Assembly (NCBI GenBank): GCA_964016885.1
Contig: OZ024760.1
Span: 24,862,001 to 24,926,000, forward strand
Direction: 5' to 3'
DNA length: 64,000 bases
Origin: Eledone cirrhosa
Lineage: Eukaryota
The notes beneath the pieces were generated by a model, which searched no databases, had not been told where the DNA came from, and saw only the letters and a list, made by a program, of their open reading frames with translations. Positions 45,111 to 61,457 of this stretch are shown piece after piece (the first letter of the stretch is position 1; the number at the start of each line of letters is the position of its first letter). The translations under genes were made by a program, and so were the position numbers.

Positions 45111-45148
45111 TTATATATATATATTGCATATATATATATATATATATG

Positions 45149-45192
<44 letters not shown>

Positions 45193-45615
45193 ACATATAT
45201 ATATATATATATATTTTGATATTTACACTGATGCACTTAGTCACACATACACTCACACATACATACACACATGCATCATACATACACACATGCATCACCA
45301 ATGTAACATAGCAATAAATTCGAGTTATTTCTATCTACACGAGATATTTTCTTTTCTGGTGAGAACGAACGAAAATTAAATCTTCGGTTCGCTTTTACTT
45401 TCAGAATTAGCTTTGATAATATTCTTTATTCATTCTAATGCTTACATCCGTTATAAAGGAAATGTACGCATGCGTACTCATTACACATACATGATTGTAC
45501 ATACCGCATGTGCACACATTATGCTTATGCAATTTCACAAATGCTTGTATAAGAATTAACGATATACACCATGATACCACAATGCACATACACATGCATA
45601 CATATACATGTGGGT

Positions 45616-45675
<60 letters not shown>

Positions 45676-45946
45676 TGGCACACAAATATACATATAGCAT
45701 GTATACAGCAAGATGCATGAACGCATACACCTTACACCTACACTCAAACATGCAGACATAGTTACATACATACATACTTACATACATATATACATACATA
45801 CAAGGATACATATTTTTTAACATATGTACATACATACTTACTTAGACAAATACTTACATGTATAAATATATATACAAGCGGTCACACATACACACATGCA
45901 TACATACATACATACATATATACATGCACATATACATACATGCACA

Positions 45947-46100
<154 letters not shown>

Positions 46101-46247
46101 CATACATACATATGCGAATGTTCGAGATTGGAAAAAAACGTTGTTACCAAACCCCACCAAATATTTCTGGGAAAAAAATTTGTAATTGACTCAATGAGAA
46201 TAAGTCATATATATATGTACACACGCACACACTCGCACACACACACA

Positions 46248-46280
<33 letters not shown>

Positions 46281-46532
46281 GTGTATATATGTACATATAC
46301 TAATACATTTTGAGTATATGTTGGTTGTATACCGAGTATTGACACCGAGTATACCGAGTACTGAGTACCGAGTTAAACACGTCAACAACATGTGTAGCCG
46401 TCTCTACCAAACCAATTCGGACTGCCTGAAGAGGTCACAGCCAAAGATGGCTGTCACCGAAATATATATAGCAGTAATAAACGAAGCCAAATTTTAAATA
46501 TTTGACATATTTATATTATTTTACATATACTA

Positions 46533-46611
<79 letters not shown>

Positions 46612-46630
46612 GAGACGTATTGCTCAATGC

Positions 46631-46705
46631 ATTTTATCTGATGAGAACATGTTTTGGATTATGTTATACATAAGCCCTGCATCCTCGAAATATATATAAT
46701 AAAAT
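46631..46705 (+). ncRNA. Minimal type I hammerhead ribozyme
   Basis: AUUUUAU-CUGAUGA-GA...UC-GAAA-UAUAU-AUA^AUAAAAU. Confidence 0.7.
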
Positions 46706-46999
46706 AAATAGTGATGATCTAAACTAACTATATTTTGTTTATTATCATCATTATGTCTTTAAAGCGTAGAAATATCGTAGACCCACAGTAGACAACTGAT
46801 GACGAAATCTCCCCCACCCCCTCGTTCTCAACTTCTTCGTATTCCCACTGTACCTTAAATAGCAACTACATAGCCATTTCTATTCTCCATATATTTCATT
46901 ATATATATATATATATATATACATACGTAGATACATACACACATATACATATATACATATATATATATATACACATATATATATATACACATATACATA

Positions 47000-47080
<81 letters not shown>

Positions 47081-47188
47081 GCTTTCACCGTATTTTTGTC
47101 CAAAGGAATGTCTCCCGGGGCTTCCAACAGCAATGGTTGCATTCTTTAAGGGTATGTCAATATTTATTTATAAAACTGCTCTATATTA

Positions 47189-47253
47189 TATTTAATCTGA
47201 TGAAAGAACACCATAATTTAACTTGGTGTCCTTGAAATATGTATTATGAAATA
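47189..47253 (+). ncRNA. Minimal type I hammerhead ribozyme in a PLE pLTR copy
   Basis: CUGAUGA-AAGAACACCA..UGGUGUCCUU-GAAA-UAUGU-AUU^AUGAAAUA. Confidence 0.75.
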
Positions 47254-47427
47254 AATACGGTTTTATAAATATAGTTTCCATTTGATAATATTGTATTTTT
47301 TACTCCAAATATTTGTTGAGTGCTTTATATCAGTTATAAAAATAATTGCATGTTGCATCCCAACAATTTAAATAGAACTTTTACATATACATATATATAT
47401 ATATATTTATAAAACTGTTATATATTG

Positions 47428-47492
47428 TATTTTGTCTGATGAAGGCATACCATAATGTAACTTGGTATCCTTGAAATATATATAATGAAATA
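47428..47492 (+). ncRNA. Minimal type I hammerhead ribozyme in a PLE pLTR copy
   Basis: UAUUUUGU-CUGAUGA-AGGCAUACCA..UGGUAUCCUU-GAAA-UAUAU-AUA^AUGAAAUA. Confidence 0.8.
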
Positions 47493-47531
47493 AATATGGT
47501 TTTATAAATATGGTGTCCATTTGTTAATATC

Positions 47532-47635
<104 letters not shown>

Positions 47636-47818
47636 CAGAGCAAACAGCACGGACACTCTATCTCAAAATTATTTTTGAAAAGCATTTAGAAATGCGCAAC
47701 CGGTAAAAACTTAAAACCACAACTGAATACTAACCCATACAATCTCTAATACTCTTTTATTCCTAATTAAACCATTTTTCAACTGTGAACAATTTGTCAG
47801 CATTTTCTATTCCGTTTA

Positions 47819-47885
<67 letters not shown>

Positions 47886-48005
47886 TTTCTGAATTTATTT
47901 AGCAAGATTATTGTCAACATGACGCTCCCAAAGTATAACAATATATATATATATATATTTACAGAAAAAAAAGAGAATCAGTGTTGCGACGAATGGAATT
48001 TATTG

Positions 48006-48101
48006 GACATATTACAATCGTTTCTCTGGCCACCAACTTGAGGCTCGATCGATATCATGATCGAACTTGACTTCGAAAATCGCAAGGTCCTCAGATACGT
48101 C
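48006..48101 (-). ncRNA. Type I hammerhead ribozyme (family shared with 53994-54092)
   Basis: GACGUAU-CUGAGGA-long imperfect stem II-GAAA-CGAUU-GUA-AUAUGUC. Confidence 0.6.
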
Positions 48102-48583
48102 TTGAATCTATGAAGCATATTATCCTAATGTCATTTTACATCGATGTCCTTCGCCTGTCGGCTTAGATCCTGTTGAATTATACGCGTCATCGATATTATT
48201 AGCCACTCATGGTTGTCCACTAATGGGTCCGGTGTATTCTCCACCTGTCAATTATATATATATATATAAGGAAATAAGATGAAATCGAAAATGCAACTGG
48301 AGTCTTTTTTTTTTTTTTTCTTAAATATATATTTATTTGGTTCCTTTACCGGTTTCGCAGAACTTCTCCTTTTCAAAAGTAGAATTGAGATGGAGGGTTT
48401 GTGGTTTTTCTCACATCTGGTTGGTATTTGAATGTTACTTCTGTTTTATGTGGAAAAGAGAGGCTCAAAATGCTAGGCTTTTAGAGAAGAAATTTGGTTG
48501 ATTGGTGAATAAGTATAATAAATTTATATATATATATAGTGACGAAACATAAGTCAATTGCATGAACTCATAATCCTTTATTT

Positions 48584-48639
48584 ACTGCTATATATATTTC
48601 GATGATAGCTATTGATTGGCTATGACCTCATCAGGCAGT
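48584..48639 (-). ncRNA. Minimal type I hammerhead ribozyme
   Basis: ACUGC-CUGAUGA-GGUCAUAGC..GCUAUCAUC-GAAA-UAUAU-AUA-GCAGU. Confidence 0.8.
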
Positions 48640-48726
48640 TAGTCAGTTCTTAGATATGCCAGCTCTGTGTTTATAATGTTGATGGTATCAGAGTCTTGGG
48701 ACATATATATATATATATATATACAC

Positions 48727-48801
<75 letters not shown>

Positions 48802-49077
48802 CGTGATGCATTGCTGGGGTTTAGCTTAGAAATCTGATGAGATTTCTGAAAAGTGTAATCTGATAAATAATTTGTTAATTGCGAGTTGCGCTGATTGTAG
48901 AATCTAGTAATATTATAGAGCAACGCTTTGCAGTTTCATTTGATTCCGGGTAGAATTACTAATATAATCTGTGTAGAAAACATCCAGATAAACTTACAGC
49001 ACTCTCTGATGATGATGGTCATGATGATGATGATGTTGGTGACGATCATCGATTTCATTACCGAATGTACACATATA

Positions 49078-49130
<53 letters not shown>

Positions 49131-49163
49131 AAATATGTATGTATATGTATATATGTAAATATG

Positions 49164-49205
<42 letters not shown>

Positions 49206-49290
49206 TGTATATATATGTAACTACTATATATATATATATATATGTATATGTGTGTATATATATATATATATTTATATATGTATATGTGTG

Positions 49291-49354
<64 letters not shown>

Positions 49355-49363
<9 letters not shown>

Positions 49364-50120
49364 TGCAGTAAGAAACACAGTAAACCGTGTGTCTAATATT
49401 ACAAGGGTTGAAAAACCACATTTGTTTGAAATATTTAACCAAGAAGCAGACAGAATGATAAAATAAAAATATATTATTATACAAACCGCCTCAAACACAT
49501 GTGGTTTTTCAACCCTTGTAATATTAGACACACGGTTTACTGTGTTTCTTACTGCATATATATTATTAATCGGCTCAGTATTTTATACTTGGAGCTTAAT
49601 AGTTACAGGGTTTCAATTGGAGTTTTAACTATAATTTTCATTTATATTACTGCTCCCTCACAAGTCGAGCTTATTAAGTTGTGTGTGTTGGACTGTTGTT
49701 TCTATTCAATACATGCTTACCACGTTTGACTAGCGGCGCACGAGGTGATAAATTTCATCTTTCTGTGTGAACGTTGGTACATAGTGTTTGTTGCATTTAA
49801 TCAGATTCTCTCGCTGATGAAGCCCAAGAATTATCTGTTACAAACACACTCAGGGCGAAACAGATTAGGGATAATCTGTCCGAGAGATATAATGGTTATT
49901 GAGGCGGTTTGTATAATAATATATTTTTATTTTATCATTCTGTCTGCTTCATGGTTAAACATTTTAAACAAATGTGGTTTTTCAACCCTTGTAATATTAG
50001 ACACACGGTTTACTGTGTTTCTTACTGCATATATATTATTAATCGGCTCAGTATTTTATACTTGGAGCTCAATAGTTACAGGCTTTCAATTGGAGTTTTA
50101 ACTCTAATTTTCATTTATAT
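49355..50120 (+). mobile_element. ORF-less mini-PLE / retrozyme-like element: inverted head plus ~1.3 tandem copies of a 473-bp unit
   Basis: 49355-49494 is the reverse complement of ~49899-50038. 49499-49647 is repeated at 49972-50120. One HHR per unit; (TA)n flanks. Confidence 0.8.
49807..49887 (+). ncRNA. Canonical type I hammerhead ribozyme with a full stem III and a GUC site
   Basis: UCUCUCG-CUGAUGA-A-GCCC...GGGC-GAAA-CAGAUUA(GGGA)UAAUCU-GUC^CGAGAGA. All three stems pair perfectly; predicted cleavage after 49880. Confidence 0.9.
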
Positions 50121-50165
50121 ATATATATATATATATAAATATAAATATATGTATATATATACGTA

Positions 50166-50202
<37 letters not shown>

Positions 50203-50397
50203 GTATATATACACACATATACATATATAAATATATATATATTTAAATATATATACATATATACACATATACATATATAAATATATATATATTTATATAT
50301 ATATATATACACATATACATATATAAATACATATATATACGTATATATATATATATACGTATATATATATATATATGTAGTAGTTATATATACAATT

Positions 50398-50917
<520 letters not shown>

Positions 50918-50953
50918 ATATATATATATAATATATATATATATATAATAATA

Positions 50954-51042
<89 letters not shown>

Positions 51043-51102
51043 CTATATATATATATATTATAATATATCATTCTGGTGAAGGATTTGATTGATTCAGATG
51101 GG

Positions 51103-51150
<48 letters not shown>

Positions 51151-51153
<3 letters not shown>

Positions 51154-51720
51154 GGAGGTGAGTTTTATTGTAGTACATATTATTAAACCCTTAAACATTA
51201 TTCTCAATACATATTAACATTTTCTTTTTTCATCGCACATATTATCAAACCCCTCAATATACAAACCTTAACTTTACATTATTTTTCTCTTCGTTAATTT
51301 TCAAATTCTTTTAATTTATTCATTATCTTCCAACGGTTTTCAACCTCTCTATGTAAAACAATATATCTTTCTCAGTTATAAAAGCTATCTCTCTCTCTCT
51401 ATCACCCATCTCTCCTCCTATCTCATCCTTCCTCATTATACTCCTCCTTCTCCACTTTTTACTCTCATCTCCTCCTCTTTTTCATCCTTTCCAACCCCCC
51501 CCTCCCTCTAAATAAAATATTTTTCCCAATATCACACATCAATCTAAAACTACTTCACATATATTGATTTAAAACTGAACTATCCACAAGTGTTTTTTAA
51601 CCTTCATATCATGTCTTCATGTTTTATCTGATGAAAACACAAATATTATTGCATGATGATATTTGTTTTTGAAATGCGCATAATAAAATACATGGAACTC
51701 TTTTAACCATCTTTTGTTCT

Positions 51721-51722
<2 letters not shown>
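51151..51722 (+). mobile_element. Family B PLE-like terminus with a longer pyrimidine-rich upstream part (related segment on minus at ~62215-62480)
   Basis: 51564-51722 matches 25710-25870, and 51151-51176 is the inverted 3' tip GTAGGAGGTGAGTTTTATTGTAGTAC. Confidence 0.7.
51618..51694 (+). ncRNA. Minimal type I hammerhead ribozyme
   Basis: Near-identical to 25764-25840. Confidence 0.85.
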
Positions 51723-51769
<47 letters not shown>

Positions 51770-52670
51770 GATGGCATGTGTATGTGAAGGTATGTATATT
51801 TTCTCTGATAATTTGTAATATTTTTACATAGATCTTAAACATGATGTACATACCAACACACATGTACATCCCAGAAACCATCATAAAATGATGATTTTTT
51901 TTTTTATATAACGAACAAGTTCTTTGTTTTTATATCATTGTTTTTATTAATTTATCTCGACTCTGTTTTCTTATGACTTTTATAGTCAATTTTTGAATGC
52001 ATCTTCTCTTTATATATCTTCTATAATGGGATTACATTGAGTTCTTCGTACGGATTGGACACTACCGTATATTTTGGTAGATTTATCTACATATATATAT
52101 ATATAATATATTTAGAAACACACAGATACATGCGGACACACACATATATACATGAATGCATCCGCACCCAACTGTGAGTTAAGGGTGCCAACTTCACCGA
52201 TGTTGCTCAATGAATGACTGGGACAGACCAATTCAGTTGAACTAGATTGAACCAGTATCAGAGTTAAAAATACATTATGAAGAGAGAAGAAACATTTAGA
52301 TATAATTAGTAATAAAATGTATCATACCTAAACTGCTCCTAAATGCGGATGCATGCATGTATATATGTGTGTGTCCGCATGTATCTGTGTGTTTCTAAAT
52401 ATATTGTTAATAACTCCCTCTGGTCGAGCAATCTTTGAAGTGTGGGGACAGCTGGAAAGCTTCCATTACTCATACTTCTCGCCTTCTTCACCACCTCTTC
52501 TACGGCCTCGATATAAATACCCCCTCCGCCTCCGTGGTATTTTCTTCGGGGTTATAAGAGGCTTAGCTCTGTTTCTCGACCGTTATATCCCGTGACTATC
52601 TCCCCCTCCGCCTTTTGGGATTCTTTCTCACGTCGTGTAGACGCGTTCTTGAGACTAGTAAAATGAGGTA

Positions 52671-52760
52671 TCCTCTTGATAAGTCGGCAGACCTCGCAGG
52701 GACTCTATATCTTTATGATATATTGTTTTTGTTTATGCCACGAAACTACGTAGTCGAGGA
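52671..52760 (+). ncRNA. Degenerate hammerhead in a PLE-like insert with an inverted tail (52271-52344 vs 52761-52834)
   Basis: UCCUC-UUGAUAA-GUcGGCA...UGCCAC-GAAA-CUACGUA-GUC-GAGGA. Stems are intact but the CUGAUGA box has two substitutions. Confidence 0.6.
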
Positions 52761-52862
52761 ATTTAGGAGCAGTTTAGGTATGATACATTTTATTACTAAT
52801 TATATCTAAATGTTTCTTCTCTCTTCATAATGTATATATATATATATATATATAAATATATA

Positions 52863-52968
<106 letters not shown>

Positions 52969-53326
52969 CTTGATTAAATTTGCGTCTAATTGTGTGTCTT
53001 ATCTCTCCGGAACCTACAACCAAAAACGATAAAACGATATTACTTATGTGATGTCTACAGACACAAAAATACAAAGGCGCAAACACACACACCCACACAC
53101 ACACATACACACACACACACACACACAGACACACATATATATATATATAATGAAGGAAGTGTGGTAAGGAACCAGGTGGATCATAACGCACCAGAATACT
53201 CGATACTTAGGGTAGTAGAGTGGGTAATAGGAAAGGAGACGGGCTGAGCTCAGTTCGTTGCGATAGCTCAGTCTGAGCTAGCTGTCGAAATGGCTGGAGC
53301 CCAGCCGTCGGAGCCCTGTCTCTTTT

Positions 53327-53418
<92 letters not shown>

Positions 53419-53421
<3 letters not shown>

Positions 53422-53620
53422 TAGTTCCACAAAAATTAGTTCACTATTACTGAGAACAATTGTTTCACTTTATTCCGATCATCAGCTCGATTTGAACCGA
53501 ATCCGAATAAGGTGAAACAATTGTCCTCGGTAATGTTGAACTAAGTGTTGTGGAACTACTACTACCAAACTCGTCTCATGGACTACTTCTACGGATATAA
53601 CTCACCAGTTTTCTACTTTC
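53419..53620 (+). mobile_element. Fold-back terminus retaining an HHR 3' half
   Basis: GAAA-CAAUU-GUC-CUCGG at 53514-53530. ~53421-53480 is an imperfect reverse complement of ~53501-53558. Confidence 0.55.
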
Positions 53621-53638
53621 AAGTATATACATACATAC

Positions 53639-53872
<234 letters not shown>

Positions 53873-53993
53873 GGTGTTCGATGCTTAAAGCGTCCCTATG
53901 CGGTATGCCGTATGAGCACTCAATGCTCTCGTAGAGCAGAGTATGATATCACAGAAAGAAGACAAGCTGTGTTGCGACGAAAGGAATTTATTG

Positions 53994-54092
53994 GACATAT
54001 TACAAATGTTTCTCGGGCGACGACCAGCTCGATGCACGATCGATATGTTGATCATAACTGACTCTGAAATCAACACTGTCGTCAGATACGTC
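53994..54092 (-). ncRNA. Type I hammerhead ribozyme
   Basis: GACGUAU-CUGACGA-...-GAAA-CAUUU-GUA-AUAUGUC. Homolog of 48006-48101. Confidence 0.6.
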
Positions 54093-54234
54093 TCGATTCT
54101 ACGAAGCAGATTTTCCTAGAAAAAAAAAAAAAATATATATATATATATATACAATTCCAACCCACTCTAGGAAAATATATATATATATATATATATTTAT
54201 TATAAAAGAAGCCTTCAATGCATCAAAAGGCTTT

Positions 54235-54282
54235 ATTAGCCTACAATGTTTCGTCCCATTAATAAGGACTCATCAGGGCAAT
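54235..54282 (-). ncRNA. Minimal type I hammerhead ribozyme
   Basis: AUUGCC-CUGAUGA-GUCC(UUAUUAAUG)GGAC-GAAA-CAUU-GUA-GGCUAAU. Confidence 0.8.
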
Positions 54283-54490
54283 TAATATAAATATATATAT
54301 ACAATTCCAACCCAACCGTACCCTTAATCTATCTTATTTCTCATTCTTTCTGCTGATGAAGGGCTAGCGTCCATAACGTTAAGACCCTCTTCCTACTATA
54401 TCAAGCGTTAAATATATATATTCCTACCATATACTGTACCGATTGTGTTGTTATTTCTGTTTACCTTTTAGATACATGCACCCCCCCCCC

Positions 54491-54528
<38 letters not shown>

Positions 54529-54531
<3 letters not shown>

Positions 54532-55268
54532 AGGGAGGGTAAAATTCCCGAGATCCATGGACGAGTTCTCTCCGGCGGTTTCTGACCCTCATTATCGCTG
54601 CCATGTCCTGCGTCTCCAACAGACCAGTGTCTGTCCTTAGAGCATCAACATACGTTAACCTTGGTCTTCCTCTTCCAGTGTGTCCATATAGGGGCTCCCA
54701 CAGGTGCACTGAGTGAAATGTTAACTCTGGATGTCGGTGAGCATGTCTAGCTAACCCGAGTCTCCTCTGTGTCACATTTGAGCTGACTTTTGGGAGGCTC
54801 GCATACAGATCTGAGTTTGTTTTTCATCCTCAGTGTATACTGATTAATGTTCAGAGCCATCCTCAGCATTCTCGTGTAGCACCCATCCACCATCTGAGTG
54901 AAGGAGGCAGAGGATTTGATGCGGGAGGTTGAGACTGTCTCGATGAGTGTGGGGCTGAAAATAAATGAGACTAAAACAAAATATCTGGTAGAGAATGTTG
55001 AGAAGCCAGAGAGGATCACTAATGTAGGCGGGAAGCCGCTAGAATTGGTTGAGGGCTTCCTGTATTTGGGAGCAAGTTTGGGAATACGGATGATGATGCG
55101 GTTGAAGAGAAAAAGCAAAGCCTGGGCGGCGTGCCACAGCTTGAGATCGGTGTGGAAGTCGGACCTTTGTAAAGACCTCAAAGTCCGCCTCTTCCCTGCT
55201 GTAATGGAGTTTGTGCTGCTGTACGGGTCTGAGACTTGGACACTGACCAAGAAACTCACCCAGATGGT

Positions 55269-55272
<4 letters not shown>
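54529..55272 (-). mobile_element. RTE-clade LINE 3' fragment with a 5' inversion
   Basis: 54529-54900 is the RTE 3' end on minus. 54898-55272 on plus encodes the upstream part (GLKINETKTK...FLYLG...VLLYGSETWTLTKKLTQMVD). Confidence 0.85.
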
Positions 55273-55342
<70 letters not shown>

Positions 55343-55514
55343 CTGTTTCTACTTTAAGCACAAGGCCAGCAATTAACCAGTACATTACTGGTACTTTATT
55401 TTATCGACCCCGTAAGGATAAAAGGCAAAGTCAACCTCGGCGGTTATATATATATAACGGCGAAGAATTAGTTTTGCGAGGTTTTTGATATGAAATCGTG
55501 TGTCGAAACAAAGA

Positions 55515-55897
55515 TTGTTATACTTGGGGAGGGTCATATTTGTGTAATATTGCCAGAATTAATAACAAAACACACTCACTGTTTGGTTGGGTTTCGCTTT
55601 TCGCTTCTGTGTCTTTTATATCGGTTAATTTAATTTATTCGGTCCTCAATGTTGCCATTGATTGACCAACGGTTAAAAATGCAGATACAATATAGACACA
55701 AACACATATATATAGTCTATAAAAGTTCTTTCGTTGCACATCTGCAACATCGGTGGTGCTATTGTTTCCTCCCGTTGCATCGTATGTCTACATATTTATT
55801 TATTCATTTATATACTTGTTTGTATGTTTGTTTGTTTGTGAGTGTGTTCTGTTATTAATTCTGGCAATATTACACAAATATGACCCTCCCCAAATAT

Positions 55898-55903
<6 letters not shown>
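55515..55903 (-). mobile_element. PLE-like terminus with a ~65-bp inverted end (MITE-like appearance)
   Basis: TTGTTATACTTGGGGAGGGTCAT... is inverted at ~55838-55903. The same terminus occurs at 59826, 62808 and ~47910-47941. Confidence 0.6.
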
Positions 55904-55965
<62 letters not shown>

Positions 55966-56369
55966 GTATGTATGTGTGTGTGTACGTACGTGTGTGCGTG
56001 GGTCTATATACACATATAGATATATAGCTATAGATATATACATACAGTACGTTTATTTATTTCAATAACGTGTTTGCGGACATCAGTTAAAAATTACCAT
56101 TCAAATTCTTTGTTAATAATTTCTTATTGTTTTCTTACAAACCTTTCTACCATTGTTTGTTCCTCCAACTTATAGAATTCTCTTCTAATGTCCATTCTCT
56201 AAGTTTGTTTGTTCGTTTGTGTTTGTCGCAAATTGGTTTCTTAAGATATTGTTTTAGTTTTAAGAAAGACCAATAAGTTTGTTTTTGTAAGAGTTATATA
56301 TTTACATACTTGTGTGTGTTTTATTTATGTATGTGTATGTTAGTATGTCTCCATCAATAAATATGTGTG

Positions 56370-56431
<62 letters not shown>

Positions 56432-56437
56432 TATATG

Positions 56438-56477
<40 letters not shown>

Positions 56478-56530
56478 TATATGTTCATATATATATATAG
56501 ATATATATATATATACATATATGTATGATC

Positions 56531-56573
<43 letters not shown>

Positions 56574-56864
56574 ATTCATTTATATATATATATATGCATA
56601 AATATGTATGTATTTACAAAAACAGAAATACACACTTATTTACAAATGTTTACATGCATATATACCCACACACACACACATATATATATATATATGTATA
56701 TATATATGCATATATAAATATTTGTATATATATACATATATACACATATATGTTTGTATATATATACAGATATACATATATATATACATATATATATATA
56801 TGTATGTATATATATATATATATACGTATACATACATGTATATATATACACGTACATGTATATG

Positions 56865-56976
<112 letters not shown>

Positions 56977-57246
56977 TACATATATATATACCTTTATTAC
57001 GTTCATTTCCCTCACTTCTGCTCCGGCTTTCTTTCAAGAGTGTTTCATTATATATTTACTTGTTTCTTATATAGAATGTATCGAATATACAATCAAAAGA
57101 AAATCTTGCCAATCTTCAAACATGACTCCGGGCTAGAAATCAAATTAGATTAAAATTGTGTATGTATTAGTATATAACTACATAGAACTTAAACCTAACC
57201 AAAGAAATTTTGCAAACATGAAACACAATTCCAAGACACCCGCCTC

Positions 57247-57319
<73 letters not shown>

Positions 57320-57349
57320 GCACAAAGAGAGAGATATAATATATACTTA

Positions 57350-57547
57350 AATATAAGTATGTATACCTACATACATATATCTATACAGACGTACAGTATT
57401 ATGTATATATATATACATACTACTGTACGTCTGTATACATATATGTCTGTACGTATACATACTTATATATAAGTATCTATATATATATATACATATACTG
57501 TACGTCTGTATACTTATATGTATGTATGTATACATACTTCTATATAA

Positions 57548-57602
<55 letters not shown>

Positions 57603-57735
57603 CTACTGTACGTCTGTATACATATATGTATGTACGTATACATACTTATATATAAGTATATATATATATATATATATACATATACTGTACGTCTGTATAC
57701 ATATATGTATGTACGTATACATACTTCTATATAAG

Positions 57736-57767
<32 letters not shown>

Positions 57768-58065
57768 CTACTGTACGTATGTATACATATATGTCTGTAC
57801 GTATACATACTTATATATAAGTATATATATATATATATATATATACATATACTGTACGTCTGTATACATATATGTATGTACGTATACACACTTCTATATA
57901 AGTATATATATATATATATATATATACATACTACTGTACGTCTGTATACATATATGTATGTACGTATACATACTTATATATAAGTATATAAATATATATA
58001 TATATATACATACTACTGTACGTCTGTATACATATATGTGTGTACGTATGCATACTTCTATATAA

Positions 58066-58118
<53 letters not shown>

Positions 58119-58172
58119 CTACTGTACGTCTGTATACATATATGTATGTACGTATACATACTTATATTTAAG
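57350..58172. repeat. Minisatellite CATACTACTGTACGTCTGTATACATATATGTATGTACGTATACATACTT + variable (TA)n
   Basis: About ten tandem copies, read directly. Confidence 0.9.
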
Positions 58173-58289
58173 TAACAGCCGTACTAAGAGTGGGAAATGA
58201 AATTTCGTTTCAATTTTTCCGTTTATATACTTATATCTATGTGTATATGTATATATATTTATATATATATATATATATATGACTATATG

Positions 58290-58320
<31 letters not shown>

Positions 58321-58323
58321 CTA

Positions 58324-58467
<144 letters not shown>

Positions 58468-58664
58468 TGTGTGAGTGTGTGAGTGTGTGTGTGCGTAAGT
58501 GCGACGCTTTGTACACATGCATGTGTTTATATATGTAAATTTGTGTTGGCGTACGCATATACACACACGTGTGAGATGTGAGTACATATATCTGATTTAA
58601 ACCCTACATGAATTTAATAATGGGACATGTAATATTTTAATTTTCCGTTTATATATATACATAC

Positions 58665-58695
<31 letters not shown>

Positions 58696-58716
58696 CATAT
58701 ACATATACATATATAC

Positions 58717-58763
<47 letters not shown>

Positions 58764-58766
58764 TAC

Positions 58767-58823
<57 letters not shown>

Positions 58824-58826
58824 TAC

Positions 58827-58921
<95 letters not shown>

Positions 58922-59068
58922 CATATATATATATATACATATACATATATAAATATATATATATACATATACATCTATATATACATATGTATATACATAT
59001 ATATATATATACATATATATATACATATATATATATATACATATATATATACATATATATATATATAC

Positions 59069-59139
<71 letters not shown>

Positions 59140-59436
59140 GACGTATATATATATACACACACATAATTATATACATGTATACAAACGTATAGCTGTCCAC
59201 GTTCCTCTAAGGTTGATGCTCTCCACCTAGTTGAGATTAATTCGGTTGATATATGAATTGTCGGAGCGTTGCATGAGAATAACAAATACATTTCAAATAT
59301 TTAAGCCTACCCTAATTAATTTGTAAACGTATAGGAATCTCTAGGCATATATATCCATACATATATGCATATATATATATATATTTACACACTGTACGCC
59401 TGGTATCCAAAATGTATAAAACCCTGCATCAAATAT

Positions 59437-59475
<39 letters not shown>

Positions 59476-59651
59476 AACCAGTAAAACCCCGACGGCTGAG
59501 CTCAAGCCGTTTCGACAGAGAATTAGCCGTCGAAACGGCTTGAGCTCAGCCGTCGGGGTCTTACTGGTTCCTATTACCCACTCTACTACCCCAAGTATTG
59601 AGTACTTTGGTGCGTTATGGTCCACCTGGTTCCTTGCCACATTTCCTTCGT

Positions 59652-59682
<31 letters not shown>

Positions 59683-59759
59683 TAAAATAACAGATTAAAG
59701 TTTGATATATATTTATCCTTATCGAGCCCTCTTTGGATTTTAGTCTTGAAATTTATTAT

Positions 59760-61088
<1,329 letters not shown>

Positions 61089-61340
61089 ATATATATATAT
61101 ATATATATAATTTTGTCCGAACAACACCACTAGAAGAATTTACTTCCCCCGCCAACTCTCACACGCCTCATTAAGCTAACTGCTGCCAAAACATTCTCTC
61201 CTTACAATCTCTACTAGTCTGACAGTCTTAAATCCTACGACTCCCTCTACATTACTCACTTCCCTCTTCCCCTTCTCTTCCTACCTCCTTCTTTATCTTT
61301 TATCTAGTGTATAAAATATTTTCATATCATTCCAATACGA

Positions 61341-61457
61341 AGGTCTGACGATATGGTGTGTCTGCTTACAGTGTACCTTCGGTTTATGATAATATTTTTA
61401 TATTATTCAAATAGCGAGGTATAGGTAACCCATACACTATAGAAACAATTGTTACTT
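61341..61457 (+). ncRNA. Type I hammerhead ribozyme with a long stem II
   Basis: AGGU-CUGACGA-UAUGGUGUGU...AUACACUAUA-GAAA-CAAUU-GUU-ACUU. Confidence 0.7.

Noticed and set aside
48825-48865. CTGATGA-GATTTCT-GAAA on plus
   Set aside because: No stem II or stem I pairing; likely chance.
54350-54392. CTGATGA followed by a stem-II-like hairpin
   Set aside because: There is no GAAA or cleavage half; it is a truncated fragment only.
55515-55903. Tc1/mariner-type MITE with TA TSD
   Set aside because: The same terminus occurs singly downstream of a GIY-YIG remnant and HHR at 59826-60520, so an inverted PLE end fits better.
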